Source: Adineta vaga
Taxonomy: Eukaryota > Animalia > Rotifera
Reading direction: 5' to 3'
Length of the DNA stretch: 64,000 bases
Assembly (NCBI GenBank): GCA_021613535.1
Contig: CP075494.1
Span: 124,001 to 188,000, forward strand
The notes beneath the pieces were generated by a model that worked only from the letters and a program-made list of their open reading frames with translations, made no database searches and was not told where the DNA came from. Shown here in pieces: positions 1 through 13,091 of the stretch. Positions within the stretch are counted from its first letter, which is position 1. Every line of letters starts with the position of its first letter. A program made the translations under genes and the position numbers.

Positions 1-269
1 AAGAAGAAGATAAATATACCTTTGTGTATAATTGTGAATGTTCGTTACATCCATATTGTCTTGTTGTACTACTATACCATAGAGGTTCCTCAAAACGTAC
101 TTTTATTTGATGGAAAAAAGAAAATATTTTCTTTAAATCATCCCTATGTTGCATATGTTGATAGCAATAGGGTGATGTTGTAATTATAAATGTACATTTC
201 ATAATTAATTTCTATTACAATCTATATACTTTAATTGTCATTATACTTTTGTTTGTGTAATATACATAG

Positions 270-699
270 GTGTATTTAAGGAATCCCCATCTTGAGGGTG
301 TGCGAGTATAGGCTTATTGAGACCCGTTCGACTTCTGGGAATTCTGAATCCCTGAGGAGTCCTTGAAGAATCCTTGAATCCTACATTATATATATTTCTT
401 CTGGTCACGCCATACAGAATCCAGGCAATCACTGGAATCCAAAGGAATCCTCGAAAATTCAGGATTTCATGTTCCGTGTTTCTACCGTTGTAGCATCCAT
501 ATCCTTAATGATCTGTTATCTCTCACAGCATACCTCGCAGCACCCACACCCACAGCAGGTTCTCATCCGTCTATACTGAAAAGATTCCGTGACTTCTTTA
601 GATTCTTTGGATTTCGTGGATTCTGTATAGTATTTTCCAAACGAATATATGTTTAAGGATTCAAGGATTCAGAATTCGTAGAATTCAGCCACTACTGGG
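270..699. repeat. MITE-like element built from gaatcc/ggattc motifs, ending ...ctactggg
   Basis: Dense gaatcc motifs on the left switch to ggattc on the right, giving a palindromic arrangement. There is no credible ORF. Confidence 0.4.
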
Positions 700-704
700 C
701 TTAC

Positions 705-732
705 TGAGGGTGTGGGTGAGGGTGTGGGTGTG
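705..732 (+). repeat. Telomere-type repeat tract (TGAGGG/TGTGGG) at the 3' junction of an Athena/Terminon-like element
   Basis: The sequence reads tgaggg-tgtggg-tgaggg-tgtggg-tgtg, both known bdelloid telomeric hexamers. It lies 16 nt from a minus-strand hammerhead. Confidence 0.85.
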
Positions 733-748
733 TTTAATGTAATTAAAC

Positions 749-801
749 TACCACAATCTAGATTTCGATTCCTATTTAACAGAATCGTTCATCAGGTGGT
801 A
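749..801 (-). ncRNA. Hammerhead ribozyme (type I, PLE-like) copy 1
   Basis: Minus strand: TACCAC-CTGATGA-ac-GATTC..GAATC-GAA-ATCTAGAT-T-GTGGTA. Stem I is taccac/gtggta, stem II gattc/gaatc, stem III is palindromic, and the cleavage triplet is AUU. Confidence 0.75.
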
Positions 802-901
802 AAGAAGTTCTGCAATATCAGTAAACTGAAGAAAATTTTTTGAAATTCTTAAAATTCCGAAGAAATCTTCAAAGAATCTACTAGAAATAGAATTTCTAAA
901 G

Positions 902-967
902 GAAAATGAAGCTCTCAAGACACGTTTCGTCCTTGCTTAAGGGACTCATCAGTTGAGTTTCATCTTC
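902..967 (-). ncRNA. Hammerhead ribozyme (type I, minimal PLE-like) copy 2
   Basis: Minus strand core 914-957: CTCAA-CTGATGA-GTCC..GGAC-GAAAC-GT-GTC-TTGAG, with a canonical GUC site. Stem I extends through gaagatgaaa/ttcattttc. Confidence 0.88.
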
Positions 968-1111
968 AACTACATAGAGTTAGTATAAACTAACTAGTCG
1001 TAGTTAATCATTTATCCAAAAGAAATAGAATTTCTAAAGGAAAATGAATTATTGTAGTATCTATGTTAGTGATATCTAAATAGGAAATTGTTTGTATATG
1101 AGTAAAATGAT

Positions 1112-1930
1112 CTAATGTAGTTGATGTACATAGTGAGTTGAATTAGTATGAAATAACTCAGATTTGTATTTGTTAATACATTCCATACTAGCATTGATAT
1201 TAGCTAAACGTTGATCAATAAGATGTAACATAAATGAACTGAAGTTGTCATTGGTACGCAATGCCCTACTAATTTTCCACAATTCATTCTTGCCATTATG
1301 AAATTGTTTTTCATAAAAACTTATTTGTTTTTCGATTGAGCTGATATAATTTGAATATGTATTATGTTTTGTATGTTCCACAATAATTTTATATTGTTCA
1401 TATAGTTGTTCTTGAAGACTTGGTTGTTCAATACAATTAATCTGAGGTATTTCAACTATGGATTGATGATCAAATGGATGAAACGATAGATGTACGAATG
1501 CGTTATTTTTCAATAAATTTAATTCATGTTTTGTTTTTTCTAAGTTTGTTTTCATATGACAGAGTCGTTCTACTAATTGTATCTAGAATAAATGTATACA
1601 GAGAAAACGAAATACTTGACACACACAGATGTAATTGATAAAACTTACTAGTTGATCCGTTGGTTTCTCAACTAAATATTGCCTCTGTAAGATTTCATCA
1701 ATATGATCATACCGAATAAGTGCTTTTTGACAATCGATCTCGAGATGTAAAGTAACAATTCCTTGTCGAATGAATTTTTCAATTATATATTCCGTACATG
1801 GCGTATAGTCTGATAGAGAACTCGTCTTAATACGTAATCCATGTCGATATTCTTCTATTGTCGTATACAATTGATTAAGACAACCATTAACAAAATTTAA
1901 ACAAGCATTATCTTCATGTTTGAGAGAATC
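1112..1930 (-). pseudogene. Athena/Terminon-associated coiled-coil ORF remnant (intron ~1583-1648)
   Basis: ORFs 1583-1870 and 1112-1555 can be joined by a GTAAGT...TAG intron. The helical product (QLYEQYK..MLHLIDQRLANI) recalls bdelloid Athena CC proteins. Confidence 0.55.
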
Positions 1931-2019
1931 ATTTGATGACTGATAGATTTCCAGTAATGATAAAACTTCTCTTGACCAAATATTTCTCTGTGTTTCGTTG
2001 ATTGTTAATGTCGTTGAGA

Positions 2020-2480
2020 ATCCACCAAGACCTGACCCGGGTGATTTGATCCGACCTGTAGATCCGACAGGATCTTATCGGATCCGAAATCGGATTGCGT
2101 CGGAAACCGTCGGATTCCCATACAAATCCGACCGGAACCCAACCGACTTTCACCGGAATCCTAACCAACGGATTCCGACGCGGATTGCACCGGGAGGAAT
2201 CCGACAGGAACCCGTCACAGAAAAATATCCGGTTTCAGCAGAATCCCGACTGCGGAAAACATCGGATATTCACCGTATCCGACCGCTTCTTATCGGAAAA
2301 GAGAAGCAAATCCAGCAATCAGCAATTTCGCCCCAGATTTTACCTAGATTACAGTATATTAAACACAGATTACACATAGATCACACCACATTATGCCTAG
2401 ATTACAGCATATTTTTCAAGATTTCACCCAGATTACACCTAGATTACACCAGATTACAGCATATTACACCTATATTATAA
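2020..2480. repeat. MITE-like remnant of gatccg/cggatt and agattacac motifs
   Basis: GC-elevated reiterated short motifs, with related motifs at 16790-17190. The overlapping ORFs are spurious. Confidence 0.45.
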
Positions 2481-4719
2481 TGTATTACTCACGAGTTTTC
2501 CCAGAATAAACCATATTCGTCGATAACGTAATTGGGTTGTGAAATGCTTCATAGACGCAACGGTGTACTCTAGATTACCAGCAATAAATAAAATATGTAA
2601 TCTAGATTTCGGCGAAGTGAAGAGATTACGCAAAAGTGAGCGGTATATATAGGCGTGGAGGTGTAATCTAGATTACGGGCAATAAATATAATCTGTAAAT
2701 GAATAATATACAAAATTTATACAATGGATATTATAACGGGCAAAGATAAAACCAGATATTTACTGGAATATGATCAATATAGATATCGATTAGATTTTCT
2801 TTAAGTAAAGATCAATGCACGATTCAGCATAGTCGTTTATTAGTAGTTCTTACAAAAAAATTATTTTAGAATCGACTATGTTCACAGAATGGTTAGAAGC
2901 TACCTTGTAGTTAATTTAAAAAAATATCGTGATCATCTATTATCTGTCTAATAGTTTAAGATCGCGGAGAGAGTCCATCTCGTTTCTGTTAGATTTTACT
3001 CAATATTCGACGATTATTAATAATATTCAACTAAGATTTACTCTCAGTAATCAGTTATAATTAAACAATCTCTGTTCATCGTTTTTATATGACCACTATG
3101 TTAACCCTTTGACTTCCCTGGTATAAAAAAAGCTACACCTGTTTTTTTAATATTTCTCATAATGTAATTCATAAAAATTAGTACATAATCTTTTGAAAGG
3201 ATGTAACAGAAAGTGTTCTAGGATTTTTTTCGAAGTACCTGTGCCATATACACCGCCTTCACATAGCGGTATTTGCGATCTTAACACAAGCTAGTGTCGC
3301 GAAGTATCCCAGGCAGACAAGATTTCGCAAAAACGCGTGTACACATAAGAAAAGGTTACTTTTCGATCGTTTAAACGCGTGTGCAAAAGAATGGTCGTGC
3401 AAATACGGCCAACTTTGTCATTCGAAGCATGAACACGGTCATTATTTTACGAACTAAAAAATATCTCCGTGTAAATAATTATAATCTCGGACAAGCTACC
3501 ATTTCAACGTTAACTTTTATTCAAACGCGTTTAAACCATTGGAAAGACGAAGTTTAATGTGTTTCTCTACAACAATTTTATGTGCGAGTGTTGGTAATAT
3601 AATAGTGAATGTGGTGATAGTAGTAAAATGTTCTTTATTATCATAATATACATCAACTATTTTTTACTTAACCTTGGCTAACATCTAATGTCGTGTGTAC
3701 GTTGACGTTTTAAGATTATTAGGCGTTTTTACTAGTACTACTTTTTCTCCTAGTATTTCCTAGCGTGTGTTCAACTAAAAGACATTTCTCTCACTTCCCG
3801 TTGAAATATTTACCGTGTAATCACAGAAGTTAGATGCGTTCTTGACATTTTCACAAGCAATAATTCTTTTGTTCTTTTTTTCTTTGTATGTAGTACACTC
3901 AAAAATAGTTTTCGTATATTCGATTGCATAATTCGTCGTATAAATGTCGGAGTTTGGCTTATTTTAGGCATTTCCACAAAGAAAATATCTCCCCCTCATT
4001 TTTCTTGGTGTGTATTGAGTCCAAAACTTTTTCACCTTTCTCAGTTTCAATATTTTGCCGAGTATTCGCAGAAGTTAATAGAGCTCTTATCGTTTTCACT
4101 AGTAAGAATTCTCTTGCTCTTTATTATTTGGATATATAGAACTTAAAAATGTCTTTCTCAGTTTTGTTCCTCAATTTTACCATACAAGGTATGATGTACA
4201 GAGAATTTTCATTGACCTAAACTATTCAAACTATATGTACCTTTTTCGTAGGATTTGAGGATATGTATCTCTGAAGTTGAGAACGATTTTTACATACGTA
4301 TATACATGCATAAGGTCGACGACCTTACATCATATTCACGTATCCAAAATATAGTAAATGGTTCATCTTCATAAGATCGTATTACTGGTTATTTGATTGT
4401 TTACAGCAATAAAAACGCACGAGCAATTACACTTTTCTAGTCTATGTAGTTCTTTGGCCATTTTTTAATGAATTAGAATATCATCTTGAATAGTTCAGAT
4501 ATAGTTTCGTTCATGCACTTGAAATAAAAAGTGGTAGATTATATAAAAAGAATGGAAGTTTATATAATTTAAATAGCAATGAGAAAATAGATTTGCCATA
4601 AACAGTTATTTGTTTGAATGAAAATGAATATCTTGTAGAAATACTCAATTCCCTGTTTTTTAAATATGATAAAAAACAAATATACTGTTCAGTTATAGAA
4701 AACATAAAGTAATATCAAC

Positions 4720-7700
4720 TCAAGTACTTTCTACTGTGTTAGGAAACTGAAAAAAGTGGAAAAATGTTTGATCTTTCTTGAAAGCAAGTTTCACGATAAT
4801 ATCTTTCACAGGAACTATAATTAGATTAGGTGGATCCGATGCATATCCCCAGAATATAAATGGATTGACAATTATTTTCTTCTTATGTGTAAAAGTGTCA
4901 TAACGATCAGTATTAATTGTATGAATAACCATGTAGCATATTTGTTTTACATCAAGAATAATAGCTGCAATGAAGCCATAGTTAATTTCATTTTGTTCAG
5001 TCTTAAAAAGTACACAGGAATCAGAGGTTTTAGTAATAGAATTATCATTGTAAATTGAGAAACGCACATTCTTTCTCCAACAGGTTTGATGAAAAGAGAA
5101 TGGTAAGATATGTTCGTTGTGTAAATAAGTTATCACAATATGATCATTTGGTAATTGAAGCTTGCGACCAAATTGAACACAATCATTTCCATTTGAACAT
5201 GAATGAATCGAGAATGCGCGTCGCTTGGATGAAAACATTTGACCTATAAATTTTCTAAGTGAACTGTGGAAATAATCCGTATTTAATTCAGCTGTAGCGC
5301 ATTGTAATATATTAATATTATTGATTAATTCGTCAACTATAACATTTGGTCCATTGACACTCTGGATTATAGAACCTATAGCGATAGATGTGATATATTC
5401 TAATCAAATTATATGCATTCACAGTTTAAGAACCTGCCTACAACACTTTCGAAGTTGAATGTGGAGTAGTTTTGAATTGGTCCAAAATCTTTGAGTGATT
5501 GATGAACATGAGCCATTGAATGAATCACCGATGTCATATATTTTTCCTTTAAAATATTAAATTTATAATAAATATTTTTCTAATAATATGTTGTGATTGA
5601 TCTGTAATCTTAATGATCATTTATTGAGACTTTATGTCTCCTAATTATTAGCAAAACTAATACCTCGTATACTTACTGACTTTTTCTAGCGGTGCGTAAA
5701 TCTATATTATAAGTATTGAACTATATAAAAGAATCTTTCCTCATGATATCTTTACATATACACTTCTATTCACAAATTTATCTTCTTACTGAGTATAATT
5801 TTGAAAATAGTTGATCAAATTCATTCAATAAAAGTTCAATATTTTTAATTGCTTCTTGTCCAAGTGCAGATGACTCAGCCAAATTCATTGCAAATGCAAG
5901 CATTTTCAGATGTTCGTAATATTGTAGAGGTAGAACTGATTCGAAATATCTATACAAAAATAAAAATTTAAGTTTAACAAGTTCTCTAAAAATCTCAGTC
6001 ATTTAATGTTTATTCAATCTTTGTTCAATAATTAATCATTTACGAAATAATTTCTCGGTTACGTCGATAAACGAAGTGAGTATATAATATGCCTAGAATG
6101 TATTAGTTTTTCTAAGATTATCATGAAAACAATTTATTTTTCATTCCTTAATGTCTTTTTAGTTGATGAATGACACGTATGGTTTTGTAGATCATTGAAA
6201 GAAATAGTTACATTAATAAGATATTTATAGAATTCAAGGAGGAACCGGCACGTTTTAACACTCAGGATTATACAGAGTTTCATGGAGTCATAATAAAACC
6301 TATCGAGTTTCCTTCAATGATCTTACTGATATCCAAACAATAAAGTCATACGATATTCATTGCCTTTGAATCGTGTAAAAAATCTTAACTGAGATGGTAA
6401 ATGATATGTTGTTGAAGGATAGCGAATTCCATCCAATTGAGCTTCAACAAGATGTAAATTATTATGTATTGAATACAATTTACCACGACTTTTGAACCAT
6501 ATTTCTAGCAATCGTTTCTAGTAATGAATAACAAAACAAAATTAAAAAATATAAGTATAGTAAATAAATTATAAAAAATAAAGCGATTATGCTTTCTTTT
6601 CTTGGAGATTTCAGAATATTTCGCTTAAATAATGAGTTTAAATAAAATAGAATAGGATTTTTACAATATACAAAAACAAATTTGGTAAAACAAAAACCGT
6701 TTGATGAGACTAATTAAATTACTAAATGAGGATTTTAGGGTAAAAATGAGCGAATATTAAAGAAATGTTAACGTCACGTGTTAAAAAACATGTCTAAAAA
6801 TGTTGAAAAAGTAATTACTAACTCATAGATTCATTACGAACTACATATAATATTTATAGATACATCTAAGTATAAAAATACTTCGGTCAAAAACATTCCA
6901 CATAGATAAATTTGAAAAGAACATCAAAAAAAGTAGTATCATGCTTTACTTATTTTTGCTTTTGTTTTCACCTATTAAGACAACATCTCTGAATCGCTAA
7001 ACATGTTTTTCTTTCAGGAAATGAGTTTTTTTGTCTTCCTTTTACAATTTGATCTCTCTAAAATATAGTAAAATTCTCACGATGAAAAAGGGCGTTCAAT
7101 GCTCTACGTTCCAATGATGAATTTATCATGCGTGAATTCTTACAAACGTTCCAGAATATATATTATGAAGAGAATCCGTAGGAAACGATGGTCCAATAAT
7201 GAAATATGTCAAATCACGTAAAGAACATGGTCCACGAGTTCCAAAAGCAGGATCAAGATCATTTGATTTGTTTTTTGACTTTCTCTAAATGAACAAAACA
7301 ATTATTTTCTTCTGATCTTAGAGAAAAAATTATATTTACTCGAGTAAATATACTTAAACATTTATCATAAAGTGTATTATCTCTAATGTGTATCTTTTCT
7401 TTCTTATCTTTGATAAACACACGTATTGAACCTTTCCCATTCGGCACTGATTTTCCTGAAACGAATAGTATAAAAAATAATAAATATATAGCATCTTTGA
7501 TAGGCACATTAAGTGAGCTAAATATATTATTATACTGTATAAACAAGAAATGTAACTCTTAGGTTCTGAAACTACGAATAATAAAAAAAACTAAATAGTG
7601 TTTGCTGACTATGACGATTGAGAAAAATCCGACTTCCTATGTTACTCATAAAAACAAAAATGAGCTTTAAAATTAGGACATGTTTTTCTGTAGTAATGGT

Positions 7701-8947
7701 TTTGAGTATAGTGTGTTAGTACCTCTGATAGTGCAACGAACGCAGCTGTAATAACCTATACATTCGTTAATATTCATAAGCAATGACTGTGCGGGTTTAT
7801 CCATCGTTCCAGCAACCAAATACGCATGAAATTTAATAAAATTGTGTTGAGAATAATAAGGTAAAATACTAAATCCCAGTTCCAATTGTTTTAATTCATT
7901 TACCCAGTCGATAATCATATTCTGAAAATGATCCTTTTTAGGTTTTTGACCACCTGTGGATAAAGAGCAAATTATTAAGTTATTTAAATTGAATCTAATA
8001 TTCCGCGGTAACTCATTAATCACCATGCAAATTGCCCATACTGACCGCTTAAACTTTTTCAAAACAATCCCATCGCTGTTTAATAAAAGAGTTACAATTT
8101 GTCGTTGAGAATCAATCATTCGTTCTTTCGAACGAACATCACATAGATATTGACCACCAACAATATCATTAATCTTGGAGGAACTATTAATAATCGGTTC
8201 TGGTAAAATTCTATTTCGTTCTAAGATCGATGTTATTTGTGGAAGTATTCGGAATATATATAGTTTTGTTGGAATTGATACAAAACCATTGCTTGAAGTA
8301 CATTTTACGTTCTCACATGTCAGTGGGTTGACTCCTTTAGTACCACAGGTTGAGCAAACAATATATGTTTTGCTACGTAAATTATTATCATGATCTTCGT
8401 TGAGATTTTTCTCAATGCCGCGAAAATCTGCTGGAACATTTGAAACACCAAGATACCGCAGTAAATTACACAAATCATTAATGCATGCTTTAGATAAGTT
8501 ATATCTATGACGAAAAAGAGCAAGAACAGTTGAAATCTCATTGATATTAGGTGGAGAACATCGAATATCATCGTCATCAGTCTCACTCTCTGTGTATTCT
8601 TCAATTTCTTCATCGTTATCCAAATCTGAATTTATGATAGGTATATCATTTGTATTGTCCAACACACTCGAATCAAATTGAGATTGTTCTGCATTTTGAT
8701 CCACTATCATTGATTCAATTATATCATCATTTCGATCATCAAATTCTCTATTTATCATCCTTAATTAATTTTACAATTATTTTATTAGAAATAAATTAGT
8801 AACTACTCACTCAATGTCATTAGGATCAGCAGGAGATGTTGCGGATAATACATCATTGCGTGCAATACGATTAGCGGCATTTCGCATTTGACGAACAGCC
8901 TTTTTGTTAGAACGCATTGGAAAATCATTGTTATGATCATGATACAT
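4720..8947 (-). CDS. Multi-exon CACTA/EnSpm (CMC)-type transposase-like protein
   Basis: Motifs occur in the expected order across exons: LLLNSDG, INELPRNIRF, DKPAQ..GYYSCVRC, TDSLHNIYSG, FKGNEYR, HSMAHV..FGPIQNYSTFNFE. Intron 1 (8760-8810, GT..AG) keeps the frame. Overall integrity is not fully verified. Confidence 0.8.
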
Positions 8948-9522
8948 GTCTGTAATCTGGAAGTAATGTTTACATAAGTATAGTTATAAATGATCGACTC
9001 AAATATTGAGTTTAGTACTGTAGTTAGAATCGTTATTTTTGTTGTATTCCTATCACATTTTTTCAGTTAAATACGCTGTCTTAGTTTGTTGCAACTTGAC
9101 GAAATATGTATTATCTATTGAGTCTTAGTATAGTATGCCTAATAGTATTATTCATTGTTTACATATAACCATATTTTTTTATTTATTCTTTTAAAAAGAT
9201 CGATCGACATTTATCTATTTCATCAAAAACTACCTAATGATAAATCTACTTTCACTTTGTTTGATATATGTTCTTACTATTAAAAAAAACGCACAAAAAA
9301 CGATTAGCATGAGATTTGAAATATATCAGATATAAAAACATCACTTTACCAGCTTGAAAATAAACATGAAAGACTACAAATAAAACTAACGAAATATATG
9401 TAAGAGTACGATACAAAAAAATAGTCGAAAAAAAGATCGAAATATAAAGTCATGAATATGTTATTAATAATTTGGCATTTTCTTATCAACACGTTAAATA
9501 ATGCGCCATCAAATTATCAATC

Positions 9523-11706
9523 TTAATCGTCATCTGCTTCATCATCGATGAATAAACTATTTGTATGTTCATTTTCTTCTTCATCTTCATCCCCATCTCC
9601 AATATTTTCTTCACCTTCTTCACTAACTTCCCGTTCTTCATTGTCTTCATCATCATTATCTTCTTCTTCATTATCTTCTTCTTCATTATCTTCATGTGTA
9701 TCATTCTGAAGTCCAATACTATCATCATTCGCATCATCATCATTTGTTGAAGAATTTAATTGTTGATCATGATGACGTTCGTAACGACGAATTTCACATC
9801 GAGCAGATCGAATCGACGTTGCTATTGCACGTCGCATGTCAGTCATAGTAAATGATAAATTATTATGAAGCGTGCGAACGTATACTAAAAAAGAAAAAGA
9901 GTTATGATCAAAGAAAGTATAAAGAAACTCGCAATAAATGTTATTCAACAACGTTTGTGACAATTTTGAAATTGATATGCATTCAGCTCGTGCACTAATA
10001 GTAGGAAAAAGTAAACGAAACAACTTTAATGAAGAACGTTGTGGTGTGCGAGCGGCAACAACAACCATAGCAGTTTCGTCAAGACCAAGATCAGCGGCGA
10101 TCTTTTTTAAAGATCGCCCGTCTCCTTTGAAAAGACCATTATTGTTAACAATTTGAAATAACTCATTTAACCAGTCAATGATATCAGCAGATGGTCGTGC
10201 TAAATAAAACATAATAAATGATTTGTTGATATTAGTTCACTGGAGAAAAATGTGCTCGACATATTGAATACTTTCAATAAAATCAGTAACGAATGCGTAT
10301 AAATATACTATAGTGGATCTTTCTTCCTAAGCTATAAATACATTCATCTGAGTAATTTTCTCATCTCATTTTTATTTTCTCTTGTTTACTTATAAGATGA
10401 AATATACTGTCAAAGTTCACTAATGATTCTACATAAAAAAAATGCCGTTCTGAAAGTTATGACATTTTACATCCAAAGAAGAAAAGAATACGTTTATAAT
10501 GGTTCAAATTTTTCTATTTATTTAATGAATTAATCGTACTTATAAACAAGATTAGAGAATTAATAATCTATTTTTCTCTCAAAATAAGCTGACTGAAGGA
10601 TCTGACTTTGATTGAGAAAGAATAACATTTCATTAAAGACGCTGCTCATTGATTAACCGAGTTCCACTGAACAATATATTTCATGTCTAGACAACAACAC
10701 ATCATCATCAAACTTACGAATTGTACTTGCACGTAGATCAGCTAATTGTCTCTTCAAGATCTGAAAATCTTTGCGCCACTCGTGACACAACTTCTTCTCG
10801 TTTAAGTAGAGTCGCTTCATTTCACGAAACTCCACCGATGACTCCACTAATGAATTTATGGAATTTTTACGTTTAGGTGTACCAAACCTATTCATGTTTA
10901 TAGATGATGAATGTTGAGACATATGACGTGGTGTTTGTCTATGTACAATACGAATACAAAATACATTGTACAAAAAAAAAGAATAACTTCATTACATTAC
11001 CTTTGTGTATCGACAATTGAATTGGTTATTCTTGATGAAGATGATGTTGTAGTAGGTCTAAACAAAAGCAGAAGTCTATGAGCAGAGTTTATGGAAAATA
11101 CTAACTGTGTACTAGTACGTGTCAGTAATCGAGTTGTTTGACTATTTCTACCAACAGAAGAACTATTCAACCTATTACTAGAAAATAGGAAAATAAAAGC
11201 AATACATTCTAACTATATTTACTTTGTATTAGCTGTTGACAAAACATTTCTCGATGAACTAAATAATACAATAATTAAAACTTATGTGCATGAGTTGCTT
11301 TAAGCTTAGCTAACCTCGCTTGAGAAACTGTAGAATTAGCAGAAGAATCAACTGTCGATAATCGAATAGGTTGTTGAGAATGACATAACGGTTCGATATC
11401 AACTAAACTACGTTCATTTGTATTGTTTGATAATGATGATCTTTTTGATACAGATGATATAGAAATTGTTGATCTCAGTGGCGTTACAATTGGTTCATTA
11501 ATAAGAATATTTACATCATCGAATGATTTGTCTTTGGTGTGTTGAGATGCATTCTTGTCCACCTTCTTCTTCTTGGCTGCTAATTGACTATTATTATCCA
11601 CCATATTTTCCTTCTCCTCTTCTACTACTCTGTTTGATAGTGTACGTTTAAGTCGAGGTGTATTCACATCTCGGCTCTTATTAACAGAAGAAATTAATCG
11701 ATTCAT
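9523..11706 (-). CDS. Multi-exon accessory protein: low-complexity N-terminus, coiled coil, BEN-like domain, acidic tail
   Basis: Co-oriented ORFs 11275-11706, 10653-10973 and 9523-10212 are separated by intron-like AT-rich gaps. LKLFRLLFP...NNIY..YV...RAIATSIRSAR fits a BEN-like helical pattern. Confidence 0.55.
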
Positions 11707-11912
11707 AAATACTGATGTTTGATGAATAAAAAAATAATAAAATTAACGACAAAATGACTGAAAGATCACTTAAGAAAGAATTGTGTTTTGAAGAAAGTAA
11801 ATCATGAATTATCTAAAAAGAAAAAAAAACTCTTACATAAGTCATCACAAATCCTAATACATTCTCAAGGAACTGTATAAAAACGAATTCCACATGAGGT
11901 ATAAAACGACTT

Positions 11913-12192
11913 TATATATAAAATCGAAACAAAGGCAATCGAAAGATGCTATTGTTAACTTCGTCCGTCCATATCGACTTAGAAACCTTTCTTCCTACTT
12001 TAAAATGATGATATTATATATAAAACAGAAACAAAGATGCTACTGTTAACACCGTCCGTCCAGATCGATTTAGACCCTCTCCTTCGTATTGAATAATGAT
12101 AATACTATATATCAAATAGAAACAACGATGTTATTGTTAACTTTAACCGTCCAGGGCGATTTAGAAAATCTTTCTTTGTACTTTATAATGAT
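11913..12192. repeat. Diverged tandem repeat, 3 x ~91 bp
   Basis: gatgc/tt..tgttaac..ccgtcca..cga.ttaga recurs at 11945, 12036 and 12127. Confidence 0.85.
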
Positions 12193-12536
12193 CAGAAATT
12201 CCTTTCAGGAATAGTCTATAGTCGTCCTAAAGGAAAAAAAGAATCAGCTATTTCATTCGAAATATTCTACACACTCTCGAAATATACGGCAGAATAGACC
12301 AATAACAAACCATTATTCGTCCTCCATTATCGAATATAAATTATTCCTCTATCATCTACTTTTCATAGAGGTCGACTTTTCCTTTAAAAATAAGAATTCG
12401 ATATGAAATTCGTTCAACACAAATAATTTCCAAACAGTTTTTAAAACCATAATCAACTGTAAAATCAAATGCATCCATATCCCACCGCCTATCTTCAAAA
12501 TACGACTAAAAGTTTTCATGTAAAAGATCACATTCC

Positions 12537-13091
12537 TTTAACTATTTGATTGGAGATAGTTTTAGATTTGAATTGTTTTTCTATATCCTTGTCGATATAG
12601 ATACGTGCCTTAGTTGTTTTAACTATTTGATTGGAAATAGTTTTAGATTTGAATTGTTTTTCTATATCCTTGTCGATATAGATATGTGCCTTAGTTGCTT
12701 TAACTATTTGATTGGAAATAGTTTTAGATTTGAATTGTTTTTCTATATCCTTGTCGATATAGATATGTGCCTTAGTTGCTTTAACTATTTGATTGGAAAT
12801 AGTTTTAGATTTGAATTGTTTTTCTATATCCTTGTCGATATAGATATGTGCCTTAGTTGTTTTAACTATTTGATTGGAAATAGTTTTAGATTTGAATTGT
12901 TTTTCTATATCCTTGTCGATATAGATATGTGCCTTAGTTGCTTTAACTATTTGATTGGAAATAGTTTTAGATTTGAATTGTTTTTCTATATCCTTGTCGA
13001 TATAGATATGTGCCTTAGTTGTTTTAACTATTTGATTGGAAATAGTTTTAGATTTGAATTGTTTTTCTATATCCTTGTGGATATAGATATG
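12537..13091. repeat. Near-perfect tandem array, ~6.8 x 81 bp
   Basis: Unit starts (aactatttgattgg) at 12540, 12621, 12702, 12783, 12864, 12945 and 13026, with only scattered substitutions. Confidence 0.97.

Larger units (their letters stand above)
705..1990 (-). mobile_element. 5'-truncated Penelope-like Athena/Terminon 3' end (coiled-coil ORF, HHR-bearing pLTR, telomeric repeats)
   Basis: The ORF, both HHRs and a terminal (ACACCC/TCACCC) tract are co-oriented, matching published Terminon 3' architecture. No RT is retained. The right boundary is approximate. Confidence 0.7.

Noticed and set aside
1929-2480. Overlapping ORFs 1929-2168, 1998-2480 and 2095-2379 (also 16794-17201)
   Set aside because: They are translations of reiterated short motifs with no protein-family features.
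9486-9750. Met/Lys-rich and Phe/Ile-rich ORFs (also 14266-14574)
   Set aside because: They are alternative-frame or antisense shadows of acidic low-complexity coding tracts.
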